Shown here piece by piece: positions 46,790 through 55,772 of a stretch of 64,000 nucleotides of DNA. The notes beneath the pieces were generated by a model, which worked only from the letters and a program-made list of their open reading frames with translations, was not told the DNA's origin and made no database searches. The stretch covers positions 32,001 through 96,000 of IMG/VR virus record IMGVR_UViG_3300036783_000080. The stretch is one strand, 5' to 3'. Each line of letters starts with the position of its first letter. The first letter of the stretch is position 1. The DNA comes from a virus. Lineage: Duplodnaviria > Caudoviricetes. A program made the translations under genes and the position numbers.

Positions 46790-47004
46790 TATATATTCCA
46801 GCTTCCATACGCTTGTACATAGTCTTCAGTTGTCATTGTAAACGCAAATGCTAGTCTCTTCTTCATGTTAGGCTTTGCTGCTGTACCTATATTGAACTCT
46901 TGTCTGTTTAATCGAACTTTCTCCACTTTGTTCTTCATCTTTCTTCTGAACTGTACGTATTCTTTTCTTGTTTTGAATATCTTACATATCAATACTGCTT
47001 TCAT
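46789..47004 (-). CDS. Small basic protein
   Basis: Operon continuity. Confidence 0.6.
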   Translation of the reverse strand: MKAVLICKIFKTRKEYVQFRRKMKNKVEKVRLNRQEFNIGTAAKPNMKKRLAFAFTMTTEDYVQAYGSWNI

Positions 47005-47011
47005 TGGCTTC

Positions 47012-47449
47012 TCATCCTTCCTGATAGATTCTAAATAGATTGGCCATTGTCATGTGGTTATATTTGGCTAGGTCTGTTGCAACTGCGCAAACGTTCTTAA
47101 ATGCTGTACATCCTACAACTTCCTCCAGATACGTTGTTAGCTTGCTATAAGTGTATGGTTTATAATGCTCTTCATTTATCCATCCCTTTAGATGATTGTC
47201 ATTCACTACTACATATTCAGTAGGCTCTTCCATATTACTTCCTGAAGTCCATCTCCAACCACCTCTGTTCCATGCAGCTTTGCCCAATGAAAGTTTCGCA
47301 TCTTCTGATAGAACTATGAACGCTTCATCAGACACTTCATATACTTTATAGCCTTTGTATGAGAACTTATCTCCATACGTTAACTCAGCTTCAATCCCTA
47401 AACGTAGTAAATCATCTGATATGTCACCTTGTACTAATATTTCTTTCAT
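47012..47449 (-). CDS. Hypothetical phage protein
   Basis: ATGA coupling. Confidence 0.7.
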   Translation of the reverse strand: MKEILVQGDISDDLLRLGIEAELTYGDKFSYKGYKVYEVSDEAFIVLSEDAKLSLGKAAWNRGGWRWTSGSNMEEPTEYVVVNDNHLKGWINEEHYKPYTYSKLTTYLEEVVGCTAFKNVCAVATDLAKYNHMTMANLFRIYQEG

Positions 47450-47748
47450 CCTTCAATCTCCTTTCGTTCTACTAAGACATCATAGCGTTCTTTATACATA
47501 TCATTCCAATACTCTTGCAGATGAGTGATTACACGTACAACTCTATATAATCCTGCTACATTGTTAGGGTTGAATTCATCTTTATCCTTATTTACAAACG
47601 GATAATACATAATGCTACTTCCTTCTTGCGGTACAGTTGACATTTCAAAGTAGTCATTCTCATCTTTGTTTTCACGTAGCGGCTTGCCTGTTGCGATGTC
47701 GATTAACTTTAACATTACAATTCCCATATCAGTCCATATCCTTTCCAA
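47446..47748 (-). CDS. Hypothetical protein
   Basis: Operon continuity. Confidence 0.6.
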   Translation of the reverse strand: MERIWTDMGIVMLKLIDIATGKPLRENKDENDYFEMSTVPQEGSSIMYYPFVNKDKDEFNPNNVAGLYRVVRVITHLQEYWNDMYKERYDVLVERKEIEG

Positions 47749-48193
47749 AGTTCTCTAAACATTTCCAGTTCGCACCTAACACTACACCCGTCGTATATTC
47801 ATTAAACTGACTTGTTAGTTCATTTATTGTTAATCCTGGGTTGACACGTGTTATTGCTTCTTTATACATTGCATACGCTCTACTTGCAGATATCTGTGTT
47901 GGTGCTCCTTGTTTCTGTACATCTGCATAGTTCATATTATATCTTTCAGAATATGTGCAAGCGGCAGTCTGTAATGTTCCTGCTGCTATAAGTGACCATA
48001 TTTCTTGTTTGTTGAATAGATAATAGTTTGTTTGTTTTAAATCAGGTTGTATAACGATAGATTCAGCCGCTTGTTTTGGTTCATCAGCCTTCAGTTTCTC
48101 CCAAGCTTTTGTAATGTCAACAATGACTTGCATATCATATCCTGTTTCGTTTTCAACTTGTTTCAGTAGGTCTAACGTTTTAATATGTTCCAT
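47729..48193 (-). CDS. Hypothetical protein, paralog of 48427..48915
   Basis: YYLFNKQEIWSLIAAGTLQTA. Confidence 0.7.
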   Translation of the reverse strand: MEHIKTLDLLKQVENETGYDMQVIVDITKAWEKLKADEPKQAAESIVIQPDLKQTNYYLFNKQEIWSLIAAGTLQTAACTYSERYNMNYADVQKQGAPTQISASRAYAMYKEAITRVNPGLTINELTSQFNEYTTGVVLGANWKCLENFGKDMD

Positions 48194-48195
48194 GT

Positions 48196-48417
48196 TTACA
48201 GCTCCTTCGCTATTGTTATGTTACTAATATCTTTCAAGGCAAACAATCTGCTGTCTTTCTTCTCTTTATCGAAAGCTTTTAACAGCCATTGTTCTTCTGG
48301 GTGCCATTCCGTACTTCCCCAACAGACGTAACCGACAAGGACAGTCCTTCTTGATTCCTCTCCACGCCAGTTCTTATAATCGAATTGTACGACAGTTAAT
48401 GGCTTTAATGGTATCAT
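48196..48417 (-). CDS. Stand-alone WYL-domain protein
   Basis: FDYKNWRGEESRRTV..QWLLKAFDKEKKDSRLFALKDI. Confidence 0.8.
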   Translation of the reverse strand: MIPLKPLTVVQFDYKNWRGEESRRTVLVGYVCWGSTEWHPEEQWLLKAFDKEKKDSRLFALKDISNITIAKEL

Positions 48418-48426
48418 ATTACCCTC

Positions 48427-48915
48427 CTACACTAATGACGACTCAATTAATACTACTGTGTTGTAACGTTCAAAGAAATCTTTTGTGAACTCCTCTGTGA
48501 AACCTTTATTCAATAGCTTTTCTGTCATTCTTGATTTGATATATTTGTCAAGAGCGTGCCGTGTTGAGACTGGTGATGCTTGTCCTTCTTTTCTGACTTC
48601 CTCAGCATCAGAGTTTGCAACATTCTCTGCATAGATTTCATACGCTTTATCAACTGTTCCTGCTGCGATTAATGCCCAATACTCGTGACGATTAAACTCG
48701 AAATACATCATACCAGCCCTTACACCAGCTTGATATGGATTAGGTTCTAGCTTTGGAACCTTGATTGGCGTTAAATCTGGGGCTGGCATTGAACACGCTT
48801 TCGCTCCCTTTAATCGCTCCCATTCTTTAACAACGCTTAACGTTTCACCAATATCTATTCCAGCCTTTTCTGAAACCTTTTCAACATCATCAATCATATC
48901 TACAACGTTCATCAT
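48427..48915 (-). CDS. Hypothetical protein, paralog of 47729..48193
   Basis: YFEFNRHEYWALIAAGTVDKA; AGGAGG RBS. Confidence 0.7.
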   Translation of the reverse strand: MMNVVDMIDDVEKVSEKAGIDIGETLSVVKEWERLKGAKACSMPAPDLTPIKVPKLEPNPYQAGVRAGMMYFEFNRHEYWALIAAGTVDKAYEIYAENVANSDAEEVRKEGQASPVSTRHALDKYIKSRMTEKLLNKGFTEEFTKDFFERYNTVVLIESSLV

Positions 48916-48964
48916 GTTTCCTCCTGTACGTCTTATTTGTAAGGAGTACGTGTACAACGCACTC

Positions 48965-49171
48965 CTATAAACACATAATCGTTATTGTAATAAGCTTGTT
49001 CTTTTTCTTCCCTTTTCGGTATACTTCGTACATGTTGAGGTGGTCATTCCATTGCTGTACCTTTCTGTATCCGCTTGTACGTAGTTCATGAACATACTTC
49101 TTATACTTCTTATATGCACTACCATCCCATGCGGCGTATTGAGCATCACCTTTAACGATATTAAGATGCAT
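48965..49171 (-). CDS. Small basic protein
   Basis: TAATG coupling. Confidence 0.6.
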   Translation of the reverse strand: MHLNIVKGDAQYAAWDGSAYKKYKKYVHELRTSGYRKVQQWNDHLNMYEVYRKGKKKNKLITITIMCL

Positions 49172-49506
49172 TATTCATCTTGTCCTTCCACTTTGATGAA
49201 TAGATTCTTGAATGAATACATTGTACCATCCTTACAGTAGATGACCATTTCTTTCTTGGATTCATTAACACGTACAAAGTCCAATTCTTTACCATTAAGA
49301 ATGTTCTTTTCTTCCACTGACACTTCCTCCTCTACATCTACAAACTCGACAGTTTCATATTGTTTCGCTGTTTCAGTTGCTTCCTCTGTGCTGAACTTGT
49401 GTGCTTTACTTTTTAGAACTGTCCAAAGGTAGACATCATCTTGTACGTGACGTAAATAATAGATAATACCATCAACATTCTTCACACCATAGTATTGTTT
49501 GCTCAC
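49171..49506 (-). CDS. Hypothetical protein
   Basis: GGAGG RBS; YYG..WT..K.KA motif shared with 49851..50165. Confidence 0.65.
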   Translation of the reverse strand: MSKQYYGVKNVDGIIYYLRHVQDDVYLWTVLKSKAHKFSTEEATETAKQYETVEFVDVEEEVSVEEKNILNGKELDFVRVNESKKEMVIYCKDGTMYSFKNLFIKVEGQDE

Positions 49507-49518
49507 TTCTCTTCCTCC

Positions 49519-49785
49519 TTAGTGAAAGTTCTTGTATCTATATTCAGTAACATCATTTGCTAGACTGAGCAATGTAATAACTGTAAGAGCTGACACGAGC
49601 ATATTTAGTAACAGGTATCCAAACGCTGACCAAAAACTATGATTCCAGAATGGGAATATGAGTGATATTATGATAGTTACTATTACATAGAAGAAAAGGA
49701 AGCAACCTAATGCGAAACATCCTAACTCATCATCCATTATTGTCTTCCTCCTCACGATGGTCTTCAGTGTCAATGTATGTTTCAT
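49519..49785 (-). CDS. Two-TM membrane protein (likely start MDDEL ~49737)
   Basis: GAGGAGG RBS; hydrophobic. Confidence 0.6.
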   Translation of the reverse strand: MKHTLTLKTIVRRKTIMDDELGCFALGCFLFFYVIVTIIISLIFPFWNHSFWSAFGYLLLNMLVSALTVITLLSLANDVTEYRYKNFH

Positions 49786-49850
49786 ATGGGTGTACAGTCA
49801 TCTCGACACCGTTGTCAAAGCAAATACATGTTCCACGTACTTCCGTAACT

Positions 49851-50165
49851 TTAGCTCCAATTATCTTTTTGATATCTTTCGAAAACTGATTCATTGTCAT
49901 TCACCTCCGCTGGTTCAAACGTTACATAAGGGACTTGACGTTCAAAGTGTCCTTGTTGGTCTTCCATAATGTATAAGGCTCTCTGTTTGTCCTTCGTCCA
50001 TATATAACCGCTTGGCATTGTTTCATCATAAGCTATGTAGAATTTCTCTTTGTTGAAAATGCTCGTCCCATAATATAACTGAGGTTTGATAAACTCTCCT
50101 CTGTTATTCATTGTCCTGTTCCTCATTCTCCTGTATCTTCTTCTGTGCGTACGCTCGTATTGCAA
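49851..50165 (-). CDS. Hypothetical protein (likely start ~50111)
   Basis: Operon continuity. Confidence 0.6.
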   Translation of the reverse strand: MQYERTHRRRYRRMRNRTMNNRGEFIKPQLYYGTSIFNKEKFYIAYDETMPSGYIWTKDKQRALYIMEDQQGHFERQVPYVTFEPAEVNDNESVFERYQKDNWS

Positions 50166-50706
50166 GGTGTTTCTCTGAAGCTCTTAACAATCTAATATGT
50201 TCTGCAAACGATTCTTCTTGAGCTGATGTTTCCTCTTCACGTTTCTCTATCTCTTTGGCAATCTCTTCTTCCGTTGCTAATCCCTTTATTGATGCGACTC
50301 TTGCTGATATCTGGACTTTCTCGTTAATCTCTTTTATAAGTTCAAAGCTGTAATTGAGTTTGTCTATGACCATAACACGTCTTCCTGTTCTCGTTGTCTC
50401 TATTACAACAATGTCTCCAACTGTATATTCCTTTCCATTAACAGTGACGCAGTTCTTTTTCTTGTGTAGTTCTTCTTCTGATTCATACCCAATAATGAGA
50501 CACTTTGCAAAATCTAATGGTGACAACTGGTTTAATGCCTCCGCATCTTGATTGAATGTAGCCTTCATTCTGATTCCGTTTCCAGAGAAGTCTTTGCACG
50601 TACCAATTAAATCAAATTGCTTGTTCCACTCATCGTTTGGAATCCTATCTAACGCCGCTGCTATTTCTTTTGTAACCCTTACTTTCTTCAATGTGACTTC
50701 GCTCAT
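50104..50706 (-). CDS. DUF1642-like N-terminus plus SH3-like domain protein
   Basis: KVRVTKEIAAALD..AKCLIIGYE; YTVGDIVVI. Confidence 0.65.
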   Translation of the reverse strand: MSEVTLKKVRVTKEIAAALDRIPNDEWNKQFDLIGTCKDFSGNGIRMKATFNQDAEALNQLSPLDFAKCLIIGYESEEELHKKKNCVTVNGKEYTVGDIVVIETTRTGRRVMVIDKLNYSFELIKEINEKVQISARVASIKGLATEEEIAKEIEKREEETSAQEESFAEHIRLLRASEKHLAIRAYAQKKIQENEEQDNE

Positions 50707-51104
50707 TGGTTCTCCTCCTCAGCTTCTATTCCAATTACTTCCCAGTTGCTTGAGAACATATCTGGGAATGATGGTGTCCAAGGAACACATTCATGTCGAT
50801 TCCTTAAGTATAGATAAGGTGAATTCATCTTACTGTTTTCATCAGGTACTTGTGCGAATACCATATGGTCAGTCATCCAGAATTTAAGACGCATTGCCAA
50901 CATTCCTGGTTGACGTTGAATCAAGTCCAACGCTTCCCCAAACTTTAGGTTTGTACGTCTAGTAGTCTTTTCGTGAAGACATTCCACATATGCTCTTGCC
51001 GCCGCTACCATTTCCGCTGTACTCGCATTACCTGAATTTTTGAAATGTTGTTCTACTCCCACTAAACCTCGCACCACACTAATCATATCATATCCATCTT
51101 TCAT
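50703..51104 (-). CDS. Tad2/DUF2829-like protein (candidate nucleotide-signal sponge) with N-terminal extension
   Basis: [37 protein letters not shown] resembles Tad2 SFGEAL..W..WVPSQTDVLAEDW. Confidence 0.75.
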   Translation of the reverse strand: MKDGYDMISVVRGLVGVEQHFKNSGNASTAEMVAAARAYVECLHEKTTRRTNLKFGEALDLIQRQPGMLAMRLKFWMTDHMVFAQVPDENSKMNSPYLYLRNRHECVPWTPSFPDMFSSNWEVIGIEAEEENQ

Positions 51105-51340
51105 TTCTGTTCCTCCTCTTGGTTCTCCTTTTGTTGTTCCTCTTCAAGAATCTCTGTACATAATCCAACGCATTCGTCACAGATGTAAACATCTGGTCCA
51201 GCTATTAACTTTTTAACTTGGTGTTGTGTCTTTCCACAGAAGTTACAAACGAGTGAATCAAACCTTCCCTGTATCTTTAACAGCTCATCATACTTTTGAG
51301 CTTTGTCAACAACTTCGTACAGTTCATTGTTAAGTCCCAT
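51101..51340 (-). CDS. Stand-alone ClpX C4-type zinc-binding domain protein
   Basis: [39 protein letters not shown]; no AAA+ domain. Confidence 0.9.
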   Translation of the reverse strand: MGLNNELYEVVDKAQKYDELLKIQGRFDSLVCNFCGKTQHQVKKLIAGPDVYICDECVGLCTEILEEEQQKENQEEEQK

Positions 51341-51753
51341 TATTTCTCTCCTCTCTGCTCTTTAATAGTTGTAATTGTTCGTAACAGGCTTGTATACGCA
51401 GATGGAAGTCCTGCTCTGTCGTCTAACAAGTGGTTATAGTAAAGCTTCTTCTCATCTGGAAATGGAATGAATGACGGTGTTTCGTTTATAGAGTCGAAAG
51501 GTATGTCATTCTCTGTCAGATAGTCTCTCACAGCTCCAAGCTCTGAATCCACCTTCGCTGTATATACCATTAAGTATGCTCCAAACTTCTTACACTCTCT
51601 CAATAGGTCAATCACCATTGGGTACTTATGACCTTCATTGTGATAATCATAGACAGTGTTGTCAAAGTCGTATGCTATTACGATTGAGCCATAGCTGTTC
51701 CATTCCGTTACTAATCTATTAACAACATTGCCTTCATTTAAGTAGAAATCCAT
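51340..51753 (-). CDS. Minimal HAD-family phosphatase
   Basis: IAYDFDNTV (motif I), YTA (II), K..LLDDRAG (III/IV). Confidence 0.8.
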   Translation of the reverse strand: MDFYLNEGNVVNRLVTEWNSYGSIVIAYDFDNTVYDYHNEGHKYPMVIDLLRECKKFGAYLMVYTAKVDSELGAVRDYLTENDIPFDSINETPSFIPFPDEKKLYYNHLLDDRAGLPSAYTSLLRTITTIKEQRGEK

Positions 51754-52290
51754 TTATATTTCCCTCTTGAAGTACACCATACCAGAATCAATCAACATAA
51801 ATTCCCAACCATCTTTGCCCTGTTCATTTAACTTCTCAATGTCAAGCTCTGACGCATACTGCTCTTCCAATTCTGAGAAGTTAACTTTCTTGTGTTCGAA
51901 CTTTCGGTTGATAACCGTTCCTCTTGCTCTACGTTTCTGTTCATTCCGTTGTCGAAAGTCTTCCATCAAATCCTTAATGTCTTGTAACCCAATTGGCATA
52001 GCTTCATTTGGAATCTGCGGTTGTCCTCTGAATATTCTCCCATAATTGACCATACGTGCGTTTCTTGCATGTTCTCTACAAAGGATTGCGTCCTCTTCGT
52101 TTAGTATTTCAATTTGGTCAGTAGAAACATCGTATTTGATTGTTTCTTCCGCTTTTGGGTTATGTCCAAGTTTCACTAAGATTGAACGCTCTGGTGCTAC
52201 CTTTTGGCTTTCTGCGTCCTGTAAAACCGTGTACACCGTATCTTCGTGAATATCTTTTCTGATTGCTAAATTATTTGGCTTGTTTGTCAT
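51754..52290 (-). CDS. Protein with C-terminal DUF4177-like domain
   Basis: LNEQGKDGWEF..YFKR. Confidence 0.6.
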   Translation of the reverse strand: MTNKPNNLAIRKDIHEDTVYTVLQDAESQKVAPERSILVKLGHNPKAEETIKYDVSTDQIEILNEEDAILCREHARNARMVNYGRIFRGQPQIPNEAMPIGLQDIKDLMEDFRQRNEQKRRARGTVINRKFEHKKVNFSELEEQYASELDIEKLNEQGKDGWEFMLIDSGMVYFKREI

Positions 52291-52323
52291 AATAACTCTC
52301 TCCCTTTGCTATTTGATATCTCA

Positions 52324-52352
52324 ATCATACTAGTCTACTTTTCACTAGTCAA
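52324..52352 (-). promoter_or_regulatory. SigA early promoter
   Basis: TTGACT-17-TATGAT. Confidence 0.7.
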
Positions 52353-52398
52353 GTGTTATTTAATAAATAGTTTCAAAAAGAAAGAATATGAAACAATT

Positions 52399-52590
52399 TC
52401 ATATCCACTGAACTTTCGTAGTTTGATAGCCTGAAAGCGTATATTCACCTTTGTACTCCATAGTTTCTTTTGTTCCACATACACCGCAGAATACTCGCTT
52501 TGTCTTGTAGAACTTATCAATCATTGTAACATGCCCGCAACCGCTTTCACATTTATACGCATATAATGTCTTTGGAGGTTGGAAACTCAT
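52399..52590 (-). CDS. Zinc-ribbon protein
   Basis: CESGCG..CGVCG. Confidence 0.7.
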   Translation of the reverse strand: MSFQPPKTLYAYKCESGCGHVTMIDKFYKTKRVFCGVCGTKETMEYKGEYTLSGYQTTKVQWI

Positions 52591-52820
52591 AATGACTTCT
52601 CTTGTATTTTAACCCAAGATGTCCAAAGATATCGTTTACATTTAGTACACTTCAATCCCGTACCACCTTGAGAATCCATATCGAATGTTTTCCAAGTACC
52701 GCCACAAGAACACTTCCCACCGTTGTACGCTGCTCTTTCTGCTTTGGCGACTCTGTGAGCCATGAATCCAACAACGCCGATGAAGATGACAGTCAAGTAA
52801 ATTACTATTTCATCAAACAC
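52587..52820 (-). CDS. TM plus zinc-ribbon protein
   Basis: YNGGKCSCGGTWKTFDMDSQGGTGLKCTKC. Confidence 0.7.
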   Translation of the reverse strand: MFDEIVIYLTVIFIGVVGFMAHRVAKAERAAYNGGKCSCGGTWKTFDMDSQGGTGLKCTKCKRYLWTSWVKIQEKSL

Positions 52821-53010
52821 CTTTCTTCACTTCCCCTACAAATCCACATACATATATCCCTGGCATATCAATATAATCAACGATGATTTTGTTTATTTCC
52901 TCTTGTGTTAACTCGTGGTCAACGTCTTTATAAACTGGAGCTGAACGCAAATCGTGGTCACGTATAATGAACTCATATCTTCGCATTTTCTTTCCTTTCA
53001 ATTTTAACAC
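52813..53010 (-). CDS. Hypothetical protein
   Basis: Operon continuity. Confidence 0.55.
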   Translation of the reverse strand: MLKLKGKKMRRYEFIIRDHDLRSAPVYKDVDHELTQEEINKIIVDYIDMPGIYVCGFVGEVKKGV

Positions 53011-53012
53011 CT

Positions 53013-53225
53013 CTATTTGTTTGATTTAGTTGTTTCTGGTTCTTCGCACAGTTTAGCTCTTCCAACAACCTTCATAACTCGCATTGAGATGAATTCAACC
53101 CTGTCAATGCGAGTTATGCGATAATCTTTCCCGTCAAGCATTTTAATTGGGTCATTAACCATTACACCTACTGGTACAGAGAAGATTTCCGTGAACTTTC
53201 TAGTTTTTGTCATCCACGTCCACAC
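53013..53225 (-). CDS. Hypothetical protein
   Basis: GAGAGGTG RBS. Confidence 0.55.
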   Translation of the reverse strand: MWTWMTKTRKFTEIFSVPVGVMVNDPIKMLDGKDYRITRIDRVEFISMRVMKVVGRAKLCEEPETTKSNK

Positions 53226-53472
53226 CTCTCCAACGTAGAATTTGTTTCATTCCGTCAGGTATCTCAGTTTGTTTGAAATACGCTGTCACTTCATAAGAAC
53301 GCCCACAAGAACATATCACGTTATGACTATCAACAGGAAGCATTGGAATGTCATTCCCGCATTGACAGCCCACGATAACATGTAGTGTTGTAGATACTCT
53401 TGGCTTTCGCTTCCGCTCAGGTTTAGGTTTCTTCAGTTCCTCTTTGGATACTTGTTTGAATTTACGTTCCAT
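53200..53472 (-). CDS. Zinc-ribbon protein
   Basis: CQCG..CSCG. Confidence 0.65.
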   Translation of the reverse strand: MERKFKQVSKEELKKPKPERKRKPRVSTTLHVIVGCQCGNDIPMLPVDSHNVICSCGRSYEVTAYFKQTEIPDGMKQILRWRGVDVDDKN

Positions 53473-53482
53473 TAATTACACC

Positions 53483-53866
53483 TCACTTAATGTACGGTAG
53501 CTCTGCCACTTTAGAAGGGTAGAAGATACCAACCCAATCAGATTTTGTAAAGTATTTGTACTCAGCTAAATCTTCATTGAACTCAACTTTTCTCTTCATC
53601 ACAATAGCTTTTTCTTCATCACTCGCATCTTTTGATTCGTCAACTAATTTTTGAACATAGTCACGTTCATTTATTTTAACATTCACAGAAGAATGTTCAA
53701 CGATTAGTCCAACGAATGATACAAGAATGACTGCCGCCATTACTAATCCCGCTATTATACCGACAATCGACAGAAGGTCGCTGTACAGATGCTCTCCCAA
53801 GTAATAGATTGCGAACGCTAGAATTAACAACATAACGAATAAGACAAGTAGTTTCATATTATTCAC
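53483..53866 (-). CDS. Membrane protein
   Basis: Two N-terminal TM helices. Confidence 0.7.
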   Translation of the reverse strand: MNNMKLLVLFVMLLILAFAIYYLGEHLYSDLLSIVGIIAGLVMAAVILVSFVGLIVEHSSVNVKINERDYVQKLVDESKDASDEEKAIVMKRKVEFNEDLAEYKYFTKSDWVGIFYPSKVAELPYIK

Positions 53867-54476
53867 CTTCCTTTACAGCTTCAAATAACGTTTCAATCCA
53901 TTCAATCTTTCCTTGGTGACTTTCCAATCGTTCCTGAAGGCTTCGTTCATAATATGTTACTTCACGTTGCATGTATTTGATTCTTTCTTCTCTGAACTCT
54001 TCCCCTGTGGACTTCTTTAATGTTTTCAGTTGTTCTTCCCAATAGTCCATACCGCAATCAGAATTCATACTAAGTTTGAGTTGATTTATAGCAAAGTCTT
54101 TTAGATTCTGATGTTCATCCGTTGGTGGAGTCCAAGCTTCAACTTCCACTAACACTTTGTTGTAACGTTCCGATATAACCTTTTTGTCAGCTATTACTTT
54201 CTTCATGTGAAGGATAGAACCATTGTAAGATTCTTCAGCCATCTTCTGAGCTTCTTCTACGGTCATTGCTTCTGCCATTTTGAGCTGATGTTTCGCTTCT
54301 GCTAAGTTCTTTTCATAGAAAGAGTTATCTGGAGCAGATGGAAGTGTTAACTCTGCATCCATTCTCTCATCTCTTAAGTGTATAAACGCTCCAAAGTTTC
54401 TTGCACAAGCTAGAATGAATTGTTTCCCAGTGACTGGTTCTCCATCGTGAATACTCGCAGTGTATCCTGTAGGCAT
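53859..54476 (-). CDS. Conserved phage coiled-coil protein
   Basis: MPTGYTA..FILACARNFGA..LRDE..WTPPTDEHQNLKDFA. Confidence 0.75.
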   Translation of the reverse strand: MPTGYTASIHDGEPVTGKQFILACARNFGAFIHLRDERMDAELTLPSAPDNSFYEKNLAEAKHQLKMAEAMTVEEAQKMAEESYNGSILHMKKVIADKKVISERYNKVLVEVEAWTPPTDEHQNLKDFAINQLKLSMNSDCGMDYWEEQLKTLKKSTGEEFREERIKYMQREVTYYERSLQERLESHQGKIEWIETLFEAVKEGE

Positions 54477-54477
54477 A

Positions 54478-55026
54478 TTAGTTATCCCCTTTCTTTCGTG
54501 GCTCGTGATACCAACATAGTGTCGTTGGTAATACTAATTTGTTCGACAACTCAAGGTCGTCACCAGCATCTGATGGAATGACTAAATTAAGTGGCGGAAT
54601 TTGTTCTGCGTGTTGGTCCATTATTAGACTTAAGAAGTCTGCATATGTAGTGTTTCCAATGTCTGTCACGTATAAGTCGTCATAATAGTTAACCTCTTCG
54701 CCTTTAATCCCTTGTTCATCAAATAATTCTCTGTCACCTTCACTCCATTCATTACGAAGGTATTCAGTTGCTTGCTCTAAGGATTCCGCCGCTACGACTG
54801 TTTGCCATTCATCGTTGAATTTGTATAGATTAACTCTGAACTCATTACCATCAATAAGGAAGATTGGACGAACTTGGACAAAATGATATCCAAGTCCTAC
54901 AAGCCCAATTGCTTTATCCAAAGCTATTACTTTTTCACGCTCCAAGAACTCACTACGCATAAGAGAATCTTGTTCAGTCTTTTGGCTACGCAAAGCAACT
55001 AATTGTGTTAACCGCATATTATTCAC
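54478..55026 (-). CDS. Hypothetical protein with YKFN..VVAAESLEQA domain
   Basis: Motif related to the 47729/48427 paralogs. Confidence 0.65.
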   Translation of the reverse strand: MNNMRLTQLVALRSQKTEQDSLMRSEFLEREKVIALDKAIGLVGLGYHFVQVRPIFLIDGNEFRVNLYKFNDEWQTVVAAESLEQATEYLRNEWSEGDRELFDEQGIKGEEVNYYDDLYVTDIGNTTYADFLSLIMDQHAEQIPPLNLVIPSDAGDDLELSNKLVLPTTLCWYHEPRKKGDN

Positions 55027-55771
55027 TCACTTTCAGATTTAATTTGTCAAGATATGTTTTCATATTCATAGATTTTCCAAAGTTCTTTTGTAACAGAAGA
55101 ACTTCTTTCACATCTCTCCAGATGTTATTATGTTTACTATATTGCGATTCATTGATTGGTTTTAATTCAATGTTACTCCAACTAACACTATCAACAACTG
55201 CTGGAATGTATTTTGGAGTTCCTGAGAATTTAGCTCGGAATAACACCAAATCTCCTTTTTGGATGTCATCTACTCCTCTTTTTTGGTCGTGATAATGACT
55301 GCGTTTTAGTTCAGCTACAATTTCTGATTCCGTGGCCAAACGAACTACATCACTGAACGGTACTCCTTGTAATAAGTGATGTCTTCCAGATGACATTTCG
55401 TATCCAGCCGCATTAATTGTAGCTGAGAATTGTCCAATACTTGGGTTGATTCCAGTAACTTTCTTCGCTCCTGTATGTCCTCTCACAATAACATATTGGT
55501 CAACTTCATATCGTGGTGTTTCGATTACTTCTACACGTGCACTTGGGTCATTTACAATACCATTCCAGTTTTTAAGAGGTTTCCATTCACCTAAATTGTC
55601 ATTGAACCATTCTACGATATCAAAAGGAGCTTGTACACCAAGTTTCACTTCGCCGCTACGTACACGAACACGTCTGAAGTTCGCTTCATTGTTATAATGA
55701 ATTACCAATTCTGCTCCTGTATTTCTAGCGTGGATTAACCATTCGATTGTTGATTTTGTATTTGTATTCAT
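55019..55771 (-). CDS. Multi-SH3/KOW-like domain protein
   Basis: YEVDQYVIV, IQKGDLVLF, VRLATESEI. Confidence 0.7.
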   Translation of the reverse strand: MNTNTKSTIEWLIHARNTGAELVIHYNNEANFRRVRVRSGEVKLGVQAPFDIVEWFNDNLGEWKPLKNWNGIVNDPSARVEVIETPRYEVDQYVIVRGHTGAKKVTGINPSIGQFSATINAAGYEMSSGRHHLLQGVPFSDVVRLATESEIVAELKRSHYHDQKRGVDDIQKGDLVLFRAKFSGTPKYIPAVVDSVSWSNIELKPINESQYSKHNNIWRDVKEVLLLQKNFGKSMNMKTYLDKLNLKVSE

Positions 55772-55772
55772 A

